A DNA stretch of 64,000 nt from the NCBI GenBank assembly GCA_965216755.1, contig CBDCGL010000011.1, positions 4,128,001 through 4,192,000 of the forward strand, written 5' to 3'. Within the stretch, counting starts at the first letter, position 1. Every line of letters begins with the position of its first letter. Below, one piece after another: positions 27,537 through 37,871 of the stretch. The position numbers and the translations under genes were made by a program. This stretch comes from Alphaproteobacteria bacterium (GTDB lineage: Bacteria; Pseudomonadota; Alphaproteobacteria; UBA7887). The notes beneath the pieces were generated by a model. The model saw only the letters and a list, made by a program, of their open reading frames with translations. It was not told the origin of the DNA and ran no database searches.

Positions 27537-29288
27537 CTAGGGTCCAACACCACTCCGTCGCAGTCCTTCCAGGTATAGCGCCATACATTGTTGATCCGTG
27601 ATCAAGTGGTGCTTGCGAACAAACTCGATCGAGAACGCTGGAAAGTGCTTGCGGATTTCCTCCAGGATTCGCGGCACTTCGTCAAGCCGTTCCAGATACC
27701 CCAAGGCAACCAACAAATTGGCATGGCGCGACCACTGAAAGTTGGGTTGGCGGATGGCCTTTCGCGCCCATTCGGCGGCGGCTTCGAAATTCTCTTGGAA
27801 CAGATAGGCGTCCGACAAACGCACCATGAACGAACCTATGTGGGTATCGTATGGGCTCAAACGGATCGCCTTCTCCAGATGCGGTACCGCTTCCGCCGGC
27901 CGTCCGATGAAGCTTAAGGACGCGCCAAGCCCGTAATGCGCCCAAGCCATGCTCGGATTGAGCGCCAGCGCAGCCTCAAGTTCCGGAATGGCGGCGTTGT
28001 GATCCAGACGCACCATAAGAGCCTTGCCAAGGGCACACCGTGCCGCGGGATCCTGCGGATCAATGGCGACCGCCCGCCGCGCGCAGTCCAAAGCTTGATC
28101 ACGACAATGCTGTACATCGTCGCCCAGCCCCATGGTGACGTCGTAGTAATAGGCATCGACCAAGGCGGCATGGGCGGCCGGAAAGTTTGGCGCGGCGTCG
28201 ACGACGCGGCCAAGCAACGCCTTCGCGTCCTGGTGGCTTTCGCGGGTCCTTTGGAACAACGCTGACAGGGCTTGCTGGTAGAGCTGCCAGGCGTCCAGGT
28301 CTTGTGGCCTATTGATGGCCGTTTTTTGGCGTTCGGCTTTACCAATCGCGGGCTCAAGCGCGGCGACGATAGTTTCGGTCAGTTCATCTTGCAGATCGAA
28401 TATGTCTTCAAGCCGACGATCATAGCGCTGTGCCCAATCGGCCCGGCCCGTGGCGCAAGAGATCAGTTGCGCCGTGACCCGTACGCGCGGACCCGCCCGC
28501 CGAATGCTGCCTTCGACTATATAGCCAACGTCTAGGTCCCGGGCGAGGCGACGAAAATCTGGGGCTTCGCCTTTAAAGGCAAATGCCGAATTCCGCGCGA
28601 TGACGGGAAAGCTCCGACAAGCCGCCAACGCCGTGATGATGTCGTCCGTCAAGCCATCAGCGAAGTGTTCGTGCTCTGGGTCGTTGCCCAAGTTGGCGAA
28701 CGGCAAGACCACCACGCCCGGCTGAGTCCACATTTCGCCGACCGCGGCATCTTTTGCGGCTGGTTCCCCGTCACCCACGGCGTAGGCATGCAATGGCGCG
28801 GAAATGTTTTTGACTTGGTGCGTGCCAAGGTCGGCGAAATTAAGGTCCAACTTGTTGTGGACCTGCGCGTAGACCGAATCCGAAATGGCAATACGACCAG
28901 GCGCGGCCAACGCTTCCAGGCGCGCCGTCACATTGACGCCATCGCCGTAGACAGTGCCATCGTCTTTCTCAATCACGTCACCAAGATTGATGCCAATACG
29001 AAACTGAAGGTATTGCCGTTCGGGCGTGGGGTTTGCGCGCTCCCTCAAAGCTTTCTGCACGACAATCGCGCATTGGGTTGCTTCCACAACGCTTTCGAAA
29101 ACCGCCAGAATGCTATCGCCCGCGGTATCGACGACGCGACCGTGATGGCGTTCGATCGTTTCGCGAAACACAGTGCGACTGGCGTCGAGCGCATTGATGG
29201 TTCCCTGTTCGTCGGAACCCATGAGACGGCTGTACCCAACCACGTCGGCCGCCAAGATCGCGGCCAATCTCCTTCTCGAATCGGCCAT
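27537..29288 (-). CDS. Class III adenylate/guanylate cyclase with TolB-N and TPR domains
   Basis: RRLAAILAADVVGYSRLM, FRIGINLGDV, GDGVNV.ARL, VLPFANL and TPR repeats. Confidence 0.9.
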   Translation of the reverse strand: MADSRRRLAAILAADVVGYSRLMGSDEQGTINALDASRTVFRETIERHHGRVVDTAGDSILAVFESVVEATQCAIVVQKALRERANPTPERQYLQFRIGINLGDVIEKDDGTVYGDGVNVTARLEALAAPGRIAISDSVYAQVHNKLDLNFADLGTHQVKNISAPLHAYAVGDGEPAAKDAAVGEMWTQPGVVVLPFANLGNDPEHEHFADGLTDDIITALAACRSFPVIARNSAFAFKGEAPDFRRLARDLDVGYIVEGSIRRAGPRVRVTAQLISCATGRADWAQRYDRRLEDIFDLQDELTETIVAALEPAIGKAERQKTAINRPQDLDAWQLYQQALSALFQRTRESHQDAKALLGRVVDAAPNFPAAHAALVDAYYYDVTMGLGDDVQHCRDQALDCARRAVAIDPQDPAARCALGKALMVRLDHNAAIPELEAALALNPSMAWAHYGLGASLSFIGRPAEAVPHLEKAIRLSPYDTHIGSFMVRLSDAYLFQENFEAAAEWARKAIRQPNFQWSRHANLLVALGYLERLDEVPRILEEIRKHFPAFSIEFVRKHHLITDQQCMALYLEGLRRSGVGP

Positions 29289-29421
29289 TTGCGCAGCATA
29301 CTACATGGAACGACAATGGCATTGGTGTTGATGCGCTGACTCAGGGCAGGTCGTTTGCGCCGGCCGCAAGGCGCGGCGTCGATTGTCTAGGGCGCGTGCA
29401 CCGGTGCGTCGTTTTGTCTTC

Positions 29422-29847
29422 ATGGATGGAGAAGCGACAGTGTCATCACATCCGGGCCCATTCAGTCTTGTTGACACCCGCCTTGTGCTTGGTCCCGAAG
29501 GCGTTGCGACGCCGCGGACGGTGTCTTCAACTTTCTACCAAGACCTCGATGCCGCGTTCGATGGATTTGTCGGCCATATGCTGGTCGCTGAGCATAGTTT
29601 CCAAGCTGCCTGGTCCACCTGGGAAATGCACCCAAAGGGCGATGAGTTCGTCTATTTGTTGGAGGGTGATGCGGAATTCGTTCTGTGGACTGACGGTGCC
29701 GAAAATAAGGTCCGCTTACACCAGCCGGGGCAGTATGTGGTGGTGCCGAAAGGGAACTGGCACACGCTACGACCGCAAAGGCCGAGCCGTATGCTGTTCG
29801 TCACGCCAGGTGAAGGGACCCGCAATGCCGCGCGGCCGGAACCCTAA
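29422..29847 (+). CDS. Cupin domain protein
   Basis: WEMHP.GDE..YLLEG and VVPKG.WH motifs. Confidence 0.8.
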   Translation: MDGEATVSSHPGPFSLVDTRLVLGPEGVATPRTVSSTFYQDLDAAFDGFVGHMLVAEHSFQAAWSTWEMHPKGDEFVYLLEGDAEFVLWTDGAENKVRLHQPGQYVVVPKGNWHTLRPQRPSRMLFVTPGEGTRNAARPEP

Positions 29848-29903
29848 AGCGACGTCGATGCGCTTCAGGTCGCCGGCCGAGCCATTGGCGTCTCCTGCCG
29901 GCG

Positions 29904-30824
29904 TCAGCGATTCAAGAAATTCAGCGGTTGGCCGGCACAGTGCCAGTCCATTTCGTAAAGAATGCCAAGACCTGAAGAGGTGATGTAAGCCTGGCGGAGG
30001 TGGGGTCCGCCGAAACAAATGTTGGTGACCATCATATCAAACTCGGACACGGGGACGACCGCTCGCACGTCGCCGTTCGGCGAGATTGCCGTGACGCACC
30101 CAGTGCCCAAAGTCGCAACGACGATATTTCCTTCGCTGTCCAGCGCCAGCGAGTCCAAACGCTCATAACCCGGGCAACGATAATGCAGGCGTCCCGGGAA
30201 CAGTGGATGCGGCGCCGGGCCCAGTTTGCTTGGCGCTACGATGTCCCACGCCCAGATTCGGGCACCGGCCGTCTCCGCGACATAAAGGGTTTTCTCATCG
30301 GCTGACAGGCCGATGCCGTTTGGTGTGTCAATCGGAAACACGATCTCCGCAATGTGACTGCCGTCCGGCCGCGCGTAGTAAACCGCGCCGCGATCGATCT
30401 GCCGCCCCCGGCGCTTGCCGAGATCCGTGAAGTAAAACCCGCCCGTGGCGTCGAAGACGATGTCGTTGGGGCCTTTCAGCGGTTCTCCGTCGCAGTGGGT
30501 GTACAGCGTCTCCACAGCGCCGCTGCCGAGATCCACGGCCTGAATGCTGCCGCCGGTATAGCTATCGGGCGGCACATCGCCAGGGCGCCGGAACGGTCCA
30601 TCCTGCATCCACACGAAACCGCCATTGTTGCACACATAAATGCGCCCATCCGGGCCCACGGCCGCGCCATTCGGCCCGCCGCCACAGGTGGCGACAACCT
30701 CACGCTTGCCGTGCGGGTCGATGCGGGTCAACGTGCCGGCCTCAATTTCGACCAACACAATCGAACCGTCGTTCAGGGCGATAGGCCCTTCTGGAAATTG
30801 GAGGCCACGACAGACTTCTTTCAT
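29904..30824 (-). CDS. SMP-30/gluconolactonase/LRE family protein
   Basis: FPEGP, GPNG.A.GPDG, GPNDIVFD..GG.YFTD, PNGIGLS and TNICFGG motifs. Confidence 0.9.
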   Translation of the reverse strand: MKEVCRGLQFPEGPIALNDGSIVLVEIEAGTLTRIDPHGKREVVATCGGGPNGAAVGPDGRIYVCNNGGFVWMQDGPFRRPGDVPPDSYTGGSIQAVDLGSGAVETLYTHCDGEPLKGPNDIVFDATGGFYFTDLGKRRGRQIDRGAVYYARPDGSHIAEIVFPIDTPNGIGLSADEKTLYVAETAGARIWAWDIVAPSKLGPAPHPLFPGRLHYRCPGYERLDSLALDSEGNIVVATLGTGCVTAISPNGDVRAVVPVSEFDMMVTNICFGGPHLRQAYITSSGLGILYEMDWHCAGQPLNFLNR

Positions 30825-30893
30825 CTTTTCTGTTCCTCACTGATTTTTTGCCCGGGCCGGCCCACAGGGGGCGCGGGGTGAACGGCGTAAGTT

Positions 30894-31901
30894 CTATGGG
30901 TTGGCGAACGGATCGGCGCTGATCCATTCGACGGTCTCGCGCAGCATGGTCGGAACATCGCGGATCGCGACACCCAAACTATCCCTTCGGGTGAAATCAA
31001 ACCCGGTCGCCGCAACCGGCGGTTCCGTTAGCGGCTCGGGCATCTTCATACCCGGCAATAGTTTGTGAAGCGCCGCGTAAATATCCTGCCAGTGCCAGCT
31101 TTCGCACACTCCGAAATAGCGGCCCGTCGCGATTGGATTCTCAAAAGCAGCGAGAAAAAGTTGCGCAAGATCGTGCACATGAATCATCGATGTCGAGTCG
31201 TTTGGGATCTTGCGATGACGCCCTTCCTCACCGTTTATCAAACACTGCAACCAGGCATGTGGGTTGTGCTGCATATGGTGCGGCAACAGAACGGGACCGT
31301 ACATGCCCGTTGGCATGATGATGGCAAGCCGCAAATCGTTTTCCGCGGCAAACGCGATCGCGGCTTTTTCCATGACGGTCTTTGCGGCGGACGTGTATTT
31401 CTTGGCGCGATGTTGTTCGTTCTCGTCAGACCAGTGGTCGACTTCGTTCTTGATCGGCACGGGCGGAACCGGATTGGTACTGCTGGTGCTGCTGCAGATC
31501 ACGACGTTCTTGACGTCCTGGCGCACCGCCGCGCGCAGGATATTCATGCACCCATCAACGGTTGGCTTGACAATTTCTTCGTACCCCTGCTTGTCATCCA
31601 TCTCGCGGGCCGGTTTGCCCGAAACACCGAAGTAGGTTGGGATCAGGCAGGCAATGAAAACACAGGCGGTGCCGGTTATAGCGGCGTCGAACGCCCGGTT
31701 TTCGGCCATGTCGGCGCGGAACAACCGCAGTCGGTCCGAGGCGCCCGGCGGCCTTTGCAAATGGGCGATTTTGTCGGCGGTATCTGTGCCGCGCAGCGTG
31801 CCGTGAACGACATAGCCACGGTCCAGGGCCGCTCTAGCGATATTGGAGCCAACAAGCCCACTGACGCCGGCAACACAAACCGCCTGTTCTTTGGTTGGCA
31901 T
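30894..31901 (-). CDS. NAD-dependent epimerase/dehydratase (dihydroflavonol reductase-like extended SDR)
   Basis: VCVAGVSGLVG, Y.VHGTLR, SS.S, YTSAK (YxxxK) and IHV.DLA motifs. Confidence 0.8.
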   Translation of the reverse strand: MPTKEQAVCVAGVSGLVGSNIARAALDRGYVVHGTLRGTDTADKIAHLQRPPGASDRLRLFRADMAENRAFDAAITGTACVFIACLIPTYFGVSGKPAREMDDKQGYEEIVKPTVDGCMNILRAAVRQDVKNVVICSSTSSTNPVPPVPIKNEVDHWSDENEQHRAKKYTSAAKTVMEKAAIAFAAENDLRLAIIMPTGMYGPVLLPHHMQHNPHAWLQCLINGEEGRHRKIPNDSTSMIHVHDLAQLFLAAFENPIATGRYFGVCESWHWQDIYAALHKLLPGMKMPEPLTEPPVAATGFDFTRRDSLGVAIRDVPTMLRETVEWISADPFANP

Positions 31902-32219
31902 TTCTCCCACCTCATCTAACGTTGGACGTCGTATGCTATGAAGTCTCTCGTCCTTTCACAGCAGATTCGGCAGACTAGAGAGGTTCCCGCCGGGTCGGGA
32001 CCATGCTCTTAGCCGTGCCGCTGCGAGAGGTGCGTTGCGTAATTCGCTTTAGCATACGGGCCAAGTTAACCAGTATCGCGTGATCGTATAACCGGGCAAA
32101 TTCGGTTGGCGTGGACAAGCGCACGGCGTTCGCTGCGATGATACACGTGTCGGGTATGAGCCCTAGGGCCGCATCGCGAACGATCGATTTCGTGCAAATC
32201 AGGAAAGGATACCCATCTG

Positions 32220-33083
32220 ATGGCCATCGACCCGCAGAAGATCATGGATTGGCCGTTCAAAGCGGTTGAACAGTCCTATACGGCCAAGGACACGATCCTC
32301 TATGCCTTGGGCGTTGGGTTGGGTGCCGACCCTTTGGATGAGAGTCAGCTCGACTTCGTCTTCGAAGAGGCGGAGTTCAAGGCCCTACCCACGATGGCGG
32401 CGGTTCTGGCCGGACCCGGTTTTTGGGCCCGCGATCCGAACAGTGGTCTCGATTGGATCAAGATCCTGCACGGTGAACAGGGTCTGCGCATCCACAGACC
32501 GTTGCCGGTTGCAGCGACCGTCGTTGCGACGACCAAGGTGACGGGCCTGATCGACAAGGGTGCCGAGAAGGGCGCGTTGATTTATCTCGAGCGGACTTTG
32601 GCGGACAAAACGACAGGCGTGGCGTTGGCGACTCTCACATCGACCAGCTTCGCGCGTGGTGATGGCGGCTTCGACGGGCCGACCGGCCCGGTGAAACCGG
32701 TGCATTCAATTCCGGATCGAGACGCGGACGAGGTTTGCGATCTTTCGACGATTCCCCAAGCCGCTCTGATCTATCGCCTTTCCGGCGACCCTAACCCACT
32801 CCACGTCAGCCCCAAAGTGGCGCGGGCCGCCAACTTCAAGGCACCGATCCTGCACGGTTTGTGCACCTTGGGTATTGCTGGCCACGCAATCCTGCGGACC
32901 ATGTGCAACTATGATGTCAATCAATTCAAGTCGTTGGACTTGAGGTTTTCAGCCCCGGTCTATCCGGGCGAAACGATCCGGACCCAAATGTGGCGAGACG
33001 GCGCGATCGTGTCGTTCCGTTCGTTGGCGGTCGAACGCGATGTGGTCGTGCTTAACAACGGTCGGGCAGAGGTTGTGCAATGA
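32220..33083 (+). CDS. MaoC-type double hot-dog (R)-enoyl-CoA hydratase
   Basis: [12 protein letters not shown] and YRLSGD.NPLH...A..A.F..PILHGLC motifs. Confidence 0.9.
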   Translation: MAIDPQKIMDWPFKAVEQSYTAKDTILYALGVGLGADPLDESQLDFVFEEAEFKALPTMAAVLAGPGFWARDPNSGLDWIKILHGEQGLRIHRPLPVAATVVATTKVTGLIDKGAEKGALIYLERTLADKTTGVALATLTSTSFARGDGGFDGPTGPVKPVHSIPDRDADEVCDLSTIPQAALIYRLSGDPNPLHVSPKVARAANFKAPILHGLCTLGIAGHAILRTMCNYDVNQFKSLDLRFSAPVYPGETIRTQMWRDGAIVSFRSLAVERDVVVLNNGRAEVVQ

Positions 33084-34231
33084 CGAATCAGTCGAGAACA
33101 GGTCCGTTAGCGGGCGTGCGTGTCGTGGAATTTTCCGGGCTCGGACCGGGGCCATTCTGCGCCATGATGCTCTCAGACATGGGTGCCGAAGTTCTTCGCA
33201 TCGACCGCAAAGGCACGACGATGCGGCGCGAGCCGAAGTATGAAGTGATGAACCGTGGACGGCGGTCCGTCGCCCTGGATCTAAAGTCCCCAGCGGGCGC
33301 AGAGGCCGCCCTGGGCCTGATTGAAAAGGCCGACGCGTTGATCGAAGGGTTCCGACCCGGTGTGATGGAACGGCTGGGTCTTGGCCCCGATGTGGCGCAC
33401 CGGCGGAACGCCAAACTGGTTTATGGCCGTATGACAGGCTGGGGCCAAGATGGCCCGCTAAAGGATGCTGCGGGGCACGACATTAACTATATCGCGCTGG
33501 CCGGCGCCCTTCACGCGATTGGAACAAGAGCCGGCGGGCCGGTGCCGCCGCTCAATCTGGTCGGCGATTTTGGCGGCGGTGGCATGTTCCTCGCCTTTGG
33601 CCTGGTTTGCGGGATCCTGGAAGCGCGATCCTCCGGGAAGGGGCAGGTTGTCGACGCGGCCATGACCGACGGGACCGCCGCGCTGATGGCGATTATCCAC
33701 GGGCTGCGCGCTTGGGATTTCTGGAAGGACGAGCGCGAGAGCAATTGGCTTGACGGTGCTGCGCCGTATTACGGGGCTTACCAGTGCGCCGACGGCAATT
33801 GGATTTGTATCGGCTCGCTCGAACCGCAGTTTTATGCCTTGTTGCGGGAGAAAACCGGTGTGGCCGCCGATCCGGGGTTCGATGATCAGATGCAGCGTAG
33901 CGCGTGGCCTACGCAGAAAGCTCGATTGGCCGAGATTTTCCGATCCAAGACGCGCGCCGAATGGTGCGAGATCATGGAAGGTTCGGATGTGTGTTTCGCG
34001 CCTGTCTTGTCGCTACCCGAGGCCTGGGCACATCCACACAACAAGGCGCGCGGCACTTTTGTTGAAATCGACGGCGTGCCGCAGCCGGCGCCGGCGCCAC
34101 GGTTTTCACGTACGCCACCTGGGATTCCGACTGCGCCGGTTGACCCCGGTCACGACAATCATCAGGCGCTGGCCGATTGGGGCTTCTCTGCTGATGAGAT
34201 TGAGGCACTGAACCAAGCCGGCGCCTTGTAG
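33080..34231 (+). CDS. Alpha-methylacyl-CoA racemase-like CaiB/BaiF protein
   Basis: [19 protein letters not shown] and NLVGDFGGG motifs (Mcr His/Asp region). Confidence 0.88.
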   Translation: MTNQSRTGPLAGVRVVEFSGLGPGPFCAMMLSDMGAEVLRIDRKGTTMRREPKYEVMNRGRRSVALDLKSPAGAEAALGLIEKADALIEGFRPGVMERLGLGPDVAHRRNAKLVYGRMTGWGQDGPLKDAAGHDINYIALAGALHAIGTRAGGPVPPLNLVGDFGGGGMFLAFGLVCGILEARSSGKGQVVDAAMTDGTAALMAIIHGLRAWDFWKDERESNWLDGAAPYYGAYQCADGNWICIGSLEPQFYALLREKTGVAADPGFDDQMQRSAWPTQKARLAEIFRSKTRAEWCEIMEGSDVCFAPVLSLPEAWAHPHNKARGTFVEIDGVPQPAPAPRFSRTPPGIPTAPVDPGHDNHQALADWGFSADEIEALNQAGAL

Positions 34232-34277
34232 GTCCACGTCACATCGCTGAAAGATCCAAATAAGGGAGGCATGATCG

Positions 34278-34685
34278 GTGAGCCGAGATCGCGTGATACC
34301 CAAGCCGACGCCGGAAACCCAACATTACTGGGATGGCGCCCGCGTCGGCGAACTGCGCCTGCAGCGATGCGAAGCCTGCGATCATACCTATTTCCCGCCG
34401 CGGCCATTTTGTCCGGATTGCGGATCGCGCAAAGTGAAGGTGGTCAAGGCATCCGGTCGCGCGAAGTTGCTGAGCTATGTCATCAACCATTTGCCGTCGC
34501 CCGGTTTTGACGACGGCCCGTTTGCGATTGCGGTGGTCGAACTGGAGGAGGGGCCGCATATGATGTCGAACATCCTCGAATGCGACCAGACTCCTGAGGC
34601 CCTGCGCCTGGACATGCTGTTGGAAGTGACGTTCGAGTGGCTTTCCGACGACATCGCCTTGCCGCAATTCCGGCCGGCAAAATAG
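34278..34685 (+). CDS. DUF35 Zn-ribbon/OB-fold protein
   Basis: C..C...FPPR..CP.C and V.LEEGP motifs. Confidence 0.88.
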   Translation: MSRDRVIPKPTPETQHYWDGARVGELRLQRCEACDHTYFPPRPFCPDCGSRKVKVVKASGRAKLLSYVINHLPSPGFDDGPFAIAVVELEEGPHMMSNILECDQTPEALRLDMLLEVTFEWLSDDIALPQFRPAK

Positions 34686-34703
34686 CGGCCAGGGGCGACA
34701 GAC

Positions 34704-35846
34704 ATGAAACCGAAATCCGTTGCCATTGTCGGCGCCGCCGAGACCACGGAAATGGGCAAGATACCCGATGTTTCGCAGATCCAGCTGCACGCGGACGCGG
34801 CGTTGAACGCCTTGGCCGATGCCGGATTGACGAACAAAGACATCGACGGTGTCGCGACCGCCGGACACAATCCCACGGAAGTCGCGCACTATTTGGGGAT
34901 CACGCCGACATGGGTCGATGGGACATCGGTCGGTGGCTGTTCCTTTATGATCCATGTCCGCCACGCCGCAGCGGCCATTGATGCTGGGCTGTGCAGCACC
35001 GTGTTGAACACCCATGGGGAAAGCGGCCGCCATTGGGTCGGCCGTTCCGGCGCGTCGGTTTTTCCGTCTCAGTTTCAAATGCAATTTGAGCAACCCTACG
35101 GCGTCACACGCCCGCCGACCATGTTCACGATTCCCGTGCTCCGCTATATGAAAACCTATGGCGTTACAGAGGAACAGTTGGCCTATGTCGCGGTTGTCCA
35201 ACGCGAGTGGGCTGCGCATCACCCACGCGCCACATTTCGCGAACCGATAACCACGGCCGATGTTCTCGGCTCGAAAATGATCTGTTATCCGTTTCGCCTG
35301 CTCATGTGCTGCTTGGTCACCGATGGCGGCGGCGCGTTGATCTTGACCCGAGCGGACCGCGCCAACGATTTTCCGACCAAGCCGGTCTATGTTCTGGGAA
35401 CCGGTGAAAGCGTGGAGACGCCCTTGGTTAGTCAAATGAAGGATCTGACCAGTTCCGCCGCGTTTCGCGTTTCCGGCAAAAAGGCGTTCGAGGAAGCGGG
35501 TATCGGCCACGCCGACGTGGATCACCTGATGGTCTATGACGCATTTGCGCACCTGCCACTTTACGGCCTTGAGGACTTGGGATTTGTCAGCAAAGGCGAG
35601 GCGGCGGATTTCATTGCCGAACGACATACCGCCCCAGGTGGTAAATTGCCGCTGAACACCAACGGTGGTGGGCTCAGCTATATGCATTCCGGAATGTACG
35701 GCATGTACGCGCTTCAAGAAGGGATGCGTCAGATGCGCGGCACGTCGCCGGCGCAAATTGCCGGTGCCGAAGTTTCCGTAGTGCATGGCGTTGGCGGCAT
35801 GTTTGCCGCCAGCGGCACGGTCATTTTGAGCAACGTCGCACCGTGA
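34704..35846 (+). CDS. SCP2-thiolase superfamily protein (Ltp2-like acyl-CoA aldolase candidate)
   Basis: AIVGAAET, CCLVTDGGGA, YDAF and NTNGGGLSYMH motifs; adjacent to DUF35. Confidence 0.85.
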   Translation: MKPKSVAIVGAAETTEMGKIPDVSQIQLHADAALNALADAGLTNKDIDGVATAGHNPTEVAHYLGITPTWVDGTSVGGCSFMIHVRHAAAAIDAGLCSTVLNTHGESGRHWVGRSGASVFPSQFQMQFEQPYGVTRPPTMFTIPVLRYMKTYGVTEEQLAYVAVVQREWAAHHPRATFREPITTADVLGSKMICYPFRLLMCCLVTDGGGALILTRADRANDFPTKPVYVLGTGESVETPLVSQMKDLTSSAAFRVSGKKAFEEAGIGHADVDHLMVYDAFAHLPLYGLEDLGFVSKGEAADFIAERHTAPGGKLPLNTNGGGLSYMHSGMYGMYALQEGMRQMRGTSPAQIAGAEVSVVHGVGGMFAASGTVILSNVAP

Positions 35847-35903
35847 TTCCTGAGCCTGTTTGACAGGGTCGCGGCTCCGCGGTCGCGGCGCGGTGCCGTG
35901 GTC

Positions 35904-37148
35904 TCAAGAGCCGGATCGCGACAAACGATCCATGCGGTCGCGTAAAGGTGGGTGGGCCAAAAGCAACGCCGCATACAGTGGGTCGGGTGTTAGGCTGGTT
36001 AGATTATTGCGATGCAGTTTCACCAGGGCACGCGACAGCGTGGCGCCTGTTCCGAGGCCTGAGGCAAACGCGTCGGCGTCGTATTCGAATGCCCGTCGGA
36101 TATGGGCGTCTATCGGTCTGGTGATTTGCTTGCCGGCAATGTATAGCGCGACAATCGCGATCAGCATCGCATGCGCGCTCGGTGGGCTCAGCGCCAATCC
36201 GGACAAGAACCAGGGATTTATGGAAAGTAACATAACGAATAGTAATAAAATGAGTCGTGCCGCCGCCGTGATCGCGAAATAGGTGATGACATGACGATGG
36301 CGGAGATGGCCAAGTTCATGTGCGACCACGGCTTCCACCTCTGACGCCGTCAATAGTGTCGTCAAGGTATCATTGAGAACAATCTGGCGGTGTGTGCCAA
36401 TGCCCTGGACCCGTGCATTGGCGTGAAGCGAGCGCCCGGACGTCTCGGCGACCAGAACCGTGTCGACGGGGAGTCCGGCGCGTTTGGCGAGATCAAACAG
36501 ACGGCCCGACAATGTCGAATCCATCGGTGTGTAACGCGAGTCGAGCCACGGCGAAATCGCGATCGGATGCAGCCACAACAAAGCAAGGTCACAGATCGTC
36601 CACGCACCCCAAAGCATGATCCACCAATGCGGCCCGCTGGCGTTGATGATCGCTATCGCGACCGCCGCCCCGCACAGATTCAGTGTTCCGCGCACCGTCG
36701 CGCGTTTCAGACGGTCGGCGGCAAATGAGCCCAGGGTCATTCGGTTGAGGCCGAAAGCTTGGCCAATGCCAAATGTTTCCCACATGTGAAGCGGCAGGCG
36801 GAGGAGATAGGTCGCCACCATCATGGTACCGATCACGGCCAATCCCTTGACCAGCGGCGTCAGCGCCAATTCCGACCACGCACCGTCGACCGCGCGAAAG
36901 CCACCGCCCACGGTCCACGCGAGCAGCAAACACGTGTCCAAGACAGCGGTCGCGTGCGTGAGGTGTTGGCGCGCCAGCGTGTATTGTGCGCCCCGTTGGT
37001 GTGCCGTGAGCTGGATGTTTTCACGGAGGATTGCCGGGAGGCGTGCGTGATTGGCGCGCACATGGGCGCTGTTGCGCGCGCCCAACCAGGTGAACGCGCC
37101 ATAGCTGAGGCAAACAATGCCGACGAAGAGGATCCCGAAATTGTTCAT
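35904..37148 (-). CDS. M48 (Ste24-like) membrane zinc metallopeptidase
   Basis: Multiple TM helices; RS.HANA...G.G, AHELGH, EYDADAFA and HPP...R motifs. Confidence 0.88.
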   Translation of the reverse strand: MNNFGILFVGIVCLSYGAFTWLGARNSAHVRANHARLPAILRENIQLTAHQRGAQYTLARQHLTHATAVLDTCLLLAWTVGGGFRAVDGAWSELALTPLVKGLAVIGTMMVATYLLRLPLHMWETFGIGQAFGLNRMTLGSFAADRLKRATVRGTLNLCGAAVAIAIINASGPHWWIMLWGAWTICDLALLWLHPIAISPWLDSRYTPMDSTLSGRLFDLAKRAGLPVDTVLVAETSGRSLHANARVQGIGTHRQIVLNDTLTTLLTASEVEAVVAHELGHLRHRHVITYFAITAAARLILLLFVMLLSINPWFLSGLALSPPSAHAMLIAIVALYIAGKQITRPIDAHIRRAFEYDADAFASGLGTGATLSRALVKLHRNNLTSLTPDPLYAALLLAHPPLRDRMDRLSRSGS

Positions 37149-37433
37149 CGTCGCAGCGGCGTCCTTCGGCGACTGAGACAGCGCGAATCCGCCCCAGTCT
37201 ATATCCGTTCTAATTATAAGGGCTTTGAATATTGGTCATTGATTGCATCTGCTACAGCAAATTAGTAACAAACGAAACTAGTTCGCAGAGCTTGAGGACC
37301 GGATTTGCCCGGGCGGGATGGCGTCAACCGCTGTGTCCAGATGGGTCGTTCACACTCATGACGGCACTCGCCACCTCAAGCTCAAGCCGAGCACGGTCCC
37401 GCACCTTATCGCGGGAGATAGAGGAGATAAGCC

Positions 37434-37508
37434 ATGAAATGGGTTGATCCTGCCTATTGTGATTTGCGGTTGGGCTTTGAAGTCACCGCATATGTCTACG
37501 TTCGTTAG
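37434..37508 (+). CDS. pqqA: PQQ precursor peptide (24 aa: MKWVDPAYCDLRLGFEVTAYVYVR)
   Basis: W..P.Y.DLRLGFE-x3-Y signature; GAGGAG RBS; lies upstream of pqqD/pqqE. Too short for the ORF track. Confidence 0.93.
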   Translation: MKWVDPAYCDLRLGFEVTAYVYVR

Positions 37509-37519
37509 TAGGCAAATTA

Positions 37520-37544
37520 GGGGGGACGTGTCATGCGTCCCCCC
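37520..37544 (+). terminator. Stem-loop after pqqA (attenuator or transcript stabiliser)
   Basis: GGGGGGACG-tgtcatg-CGTCCCCCC, starting 11 nt after the pqqA stop. Confidence 0.6.
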
Positions 37545-37586
37545 GTTTGCTTAACGTGGTGCATGATGGTGATGAAGGCGGCGCGC

Positions 37587-37871
37587 ATGGCTGATCCTGA
37601 CAAGCTGACACGGCTCGATCACATCGAGATTGATCCCATGTATCTGTTTCGATGGGAAGAATCGCAACAAGCACACGTGCTGCTTTATCCCGAAGGTATC
37701 GTCAAACTCAATCAAACCGCCGGGGAGATCCTGAAGCGCTGTACCGGCCAGAAGTCGGTTGGTGAAATCATCGACGAGTTGGAAGAGGTATTCGTCGATG
37801 GCGATGTTGCCTCTGGCGTACTGAAGTTCTTGGAGGCGTCCAATGCCAAAGGCTGGATCAGACGCAAGTGA
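37587..37871 (+). CDS. pqqD: PqqA-binding chaperone (RRE domain)
   Basis: FRWE..Q.AHVLLYPEG.VKLN.TAGEILKRC.G and FLE....KGWI motifs. Confidence 0.92.
   Translation: MADPDKLTRLDHIEIDPMYLFRWEESQQAHVLLYPEGIVKLNQTAGEILKRCTGQKSVGEIIDELEEVFVDGDVASGVLKFLEASNAKGWIRRK

Noticed and set aside
34239-35786. Long antisense ORFs (515 aa here; also 6999-8213, 15379-16605 and 22016-22993)
   Set aside because: They are shadows of well-supported genes on the opposite strand, as expected in GC-rich DNA.
37224-37252. Possible FNR box upstream of pqqA (TTGAAtattGGTCA / TTGATtgcaTCTGC)
   Set aside because: Only one half-site matches TTGAT-N4-ATCAA, so it cannot be used to support anaerobic regulation.
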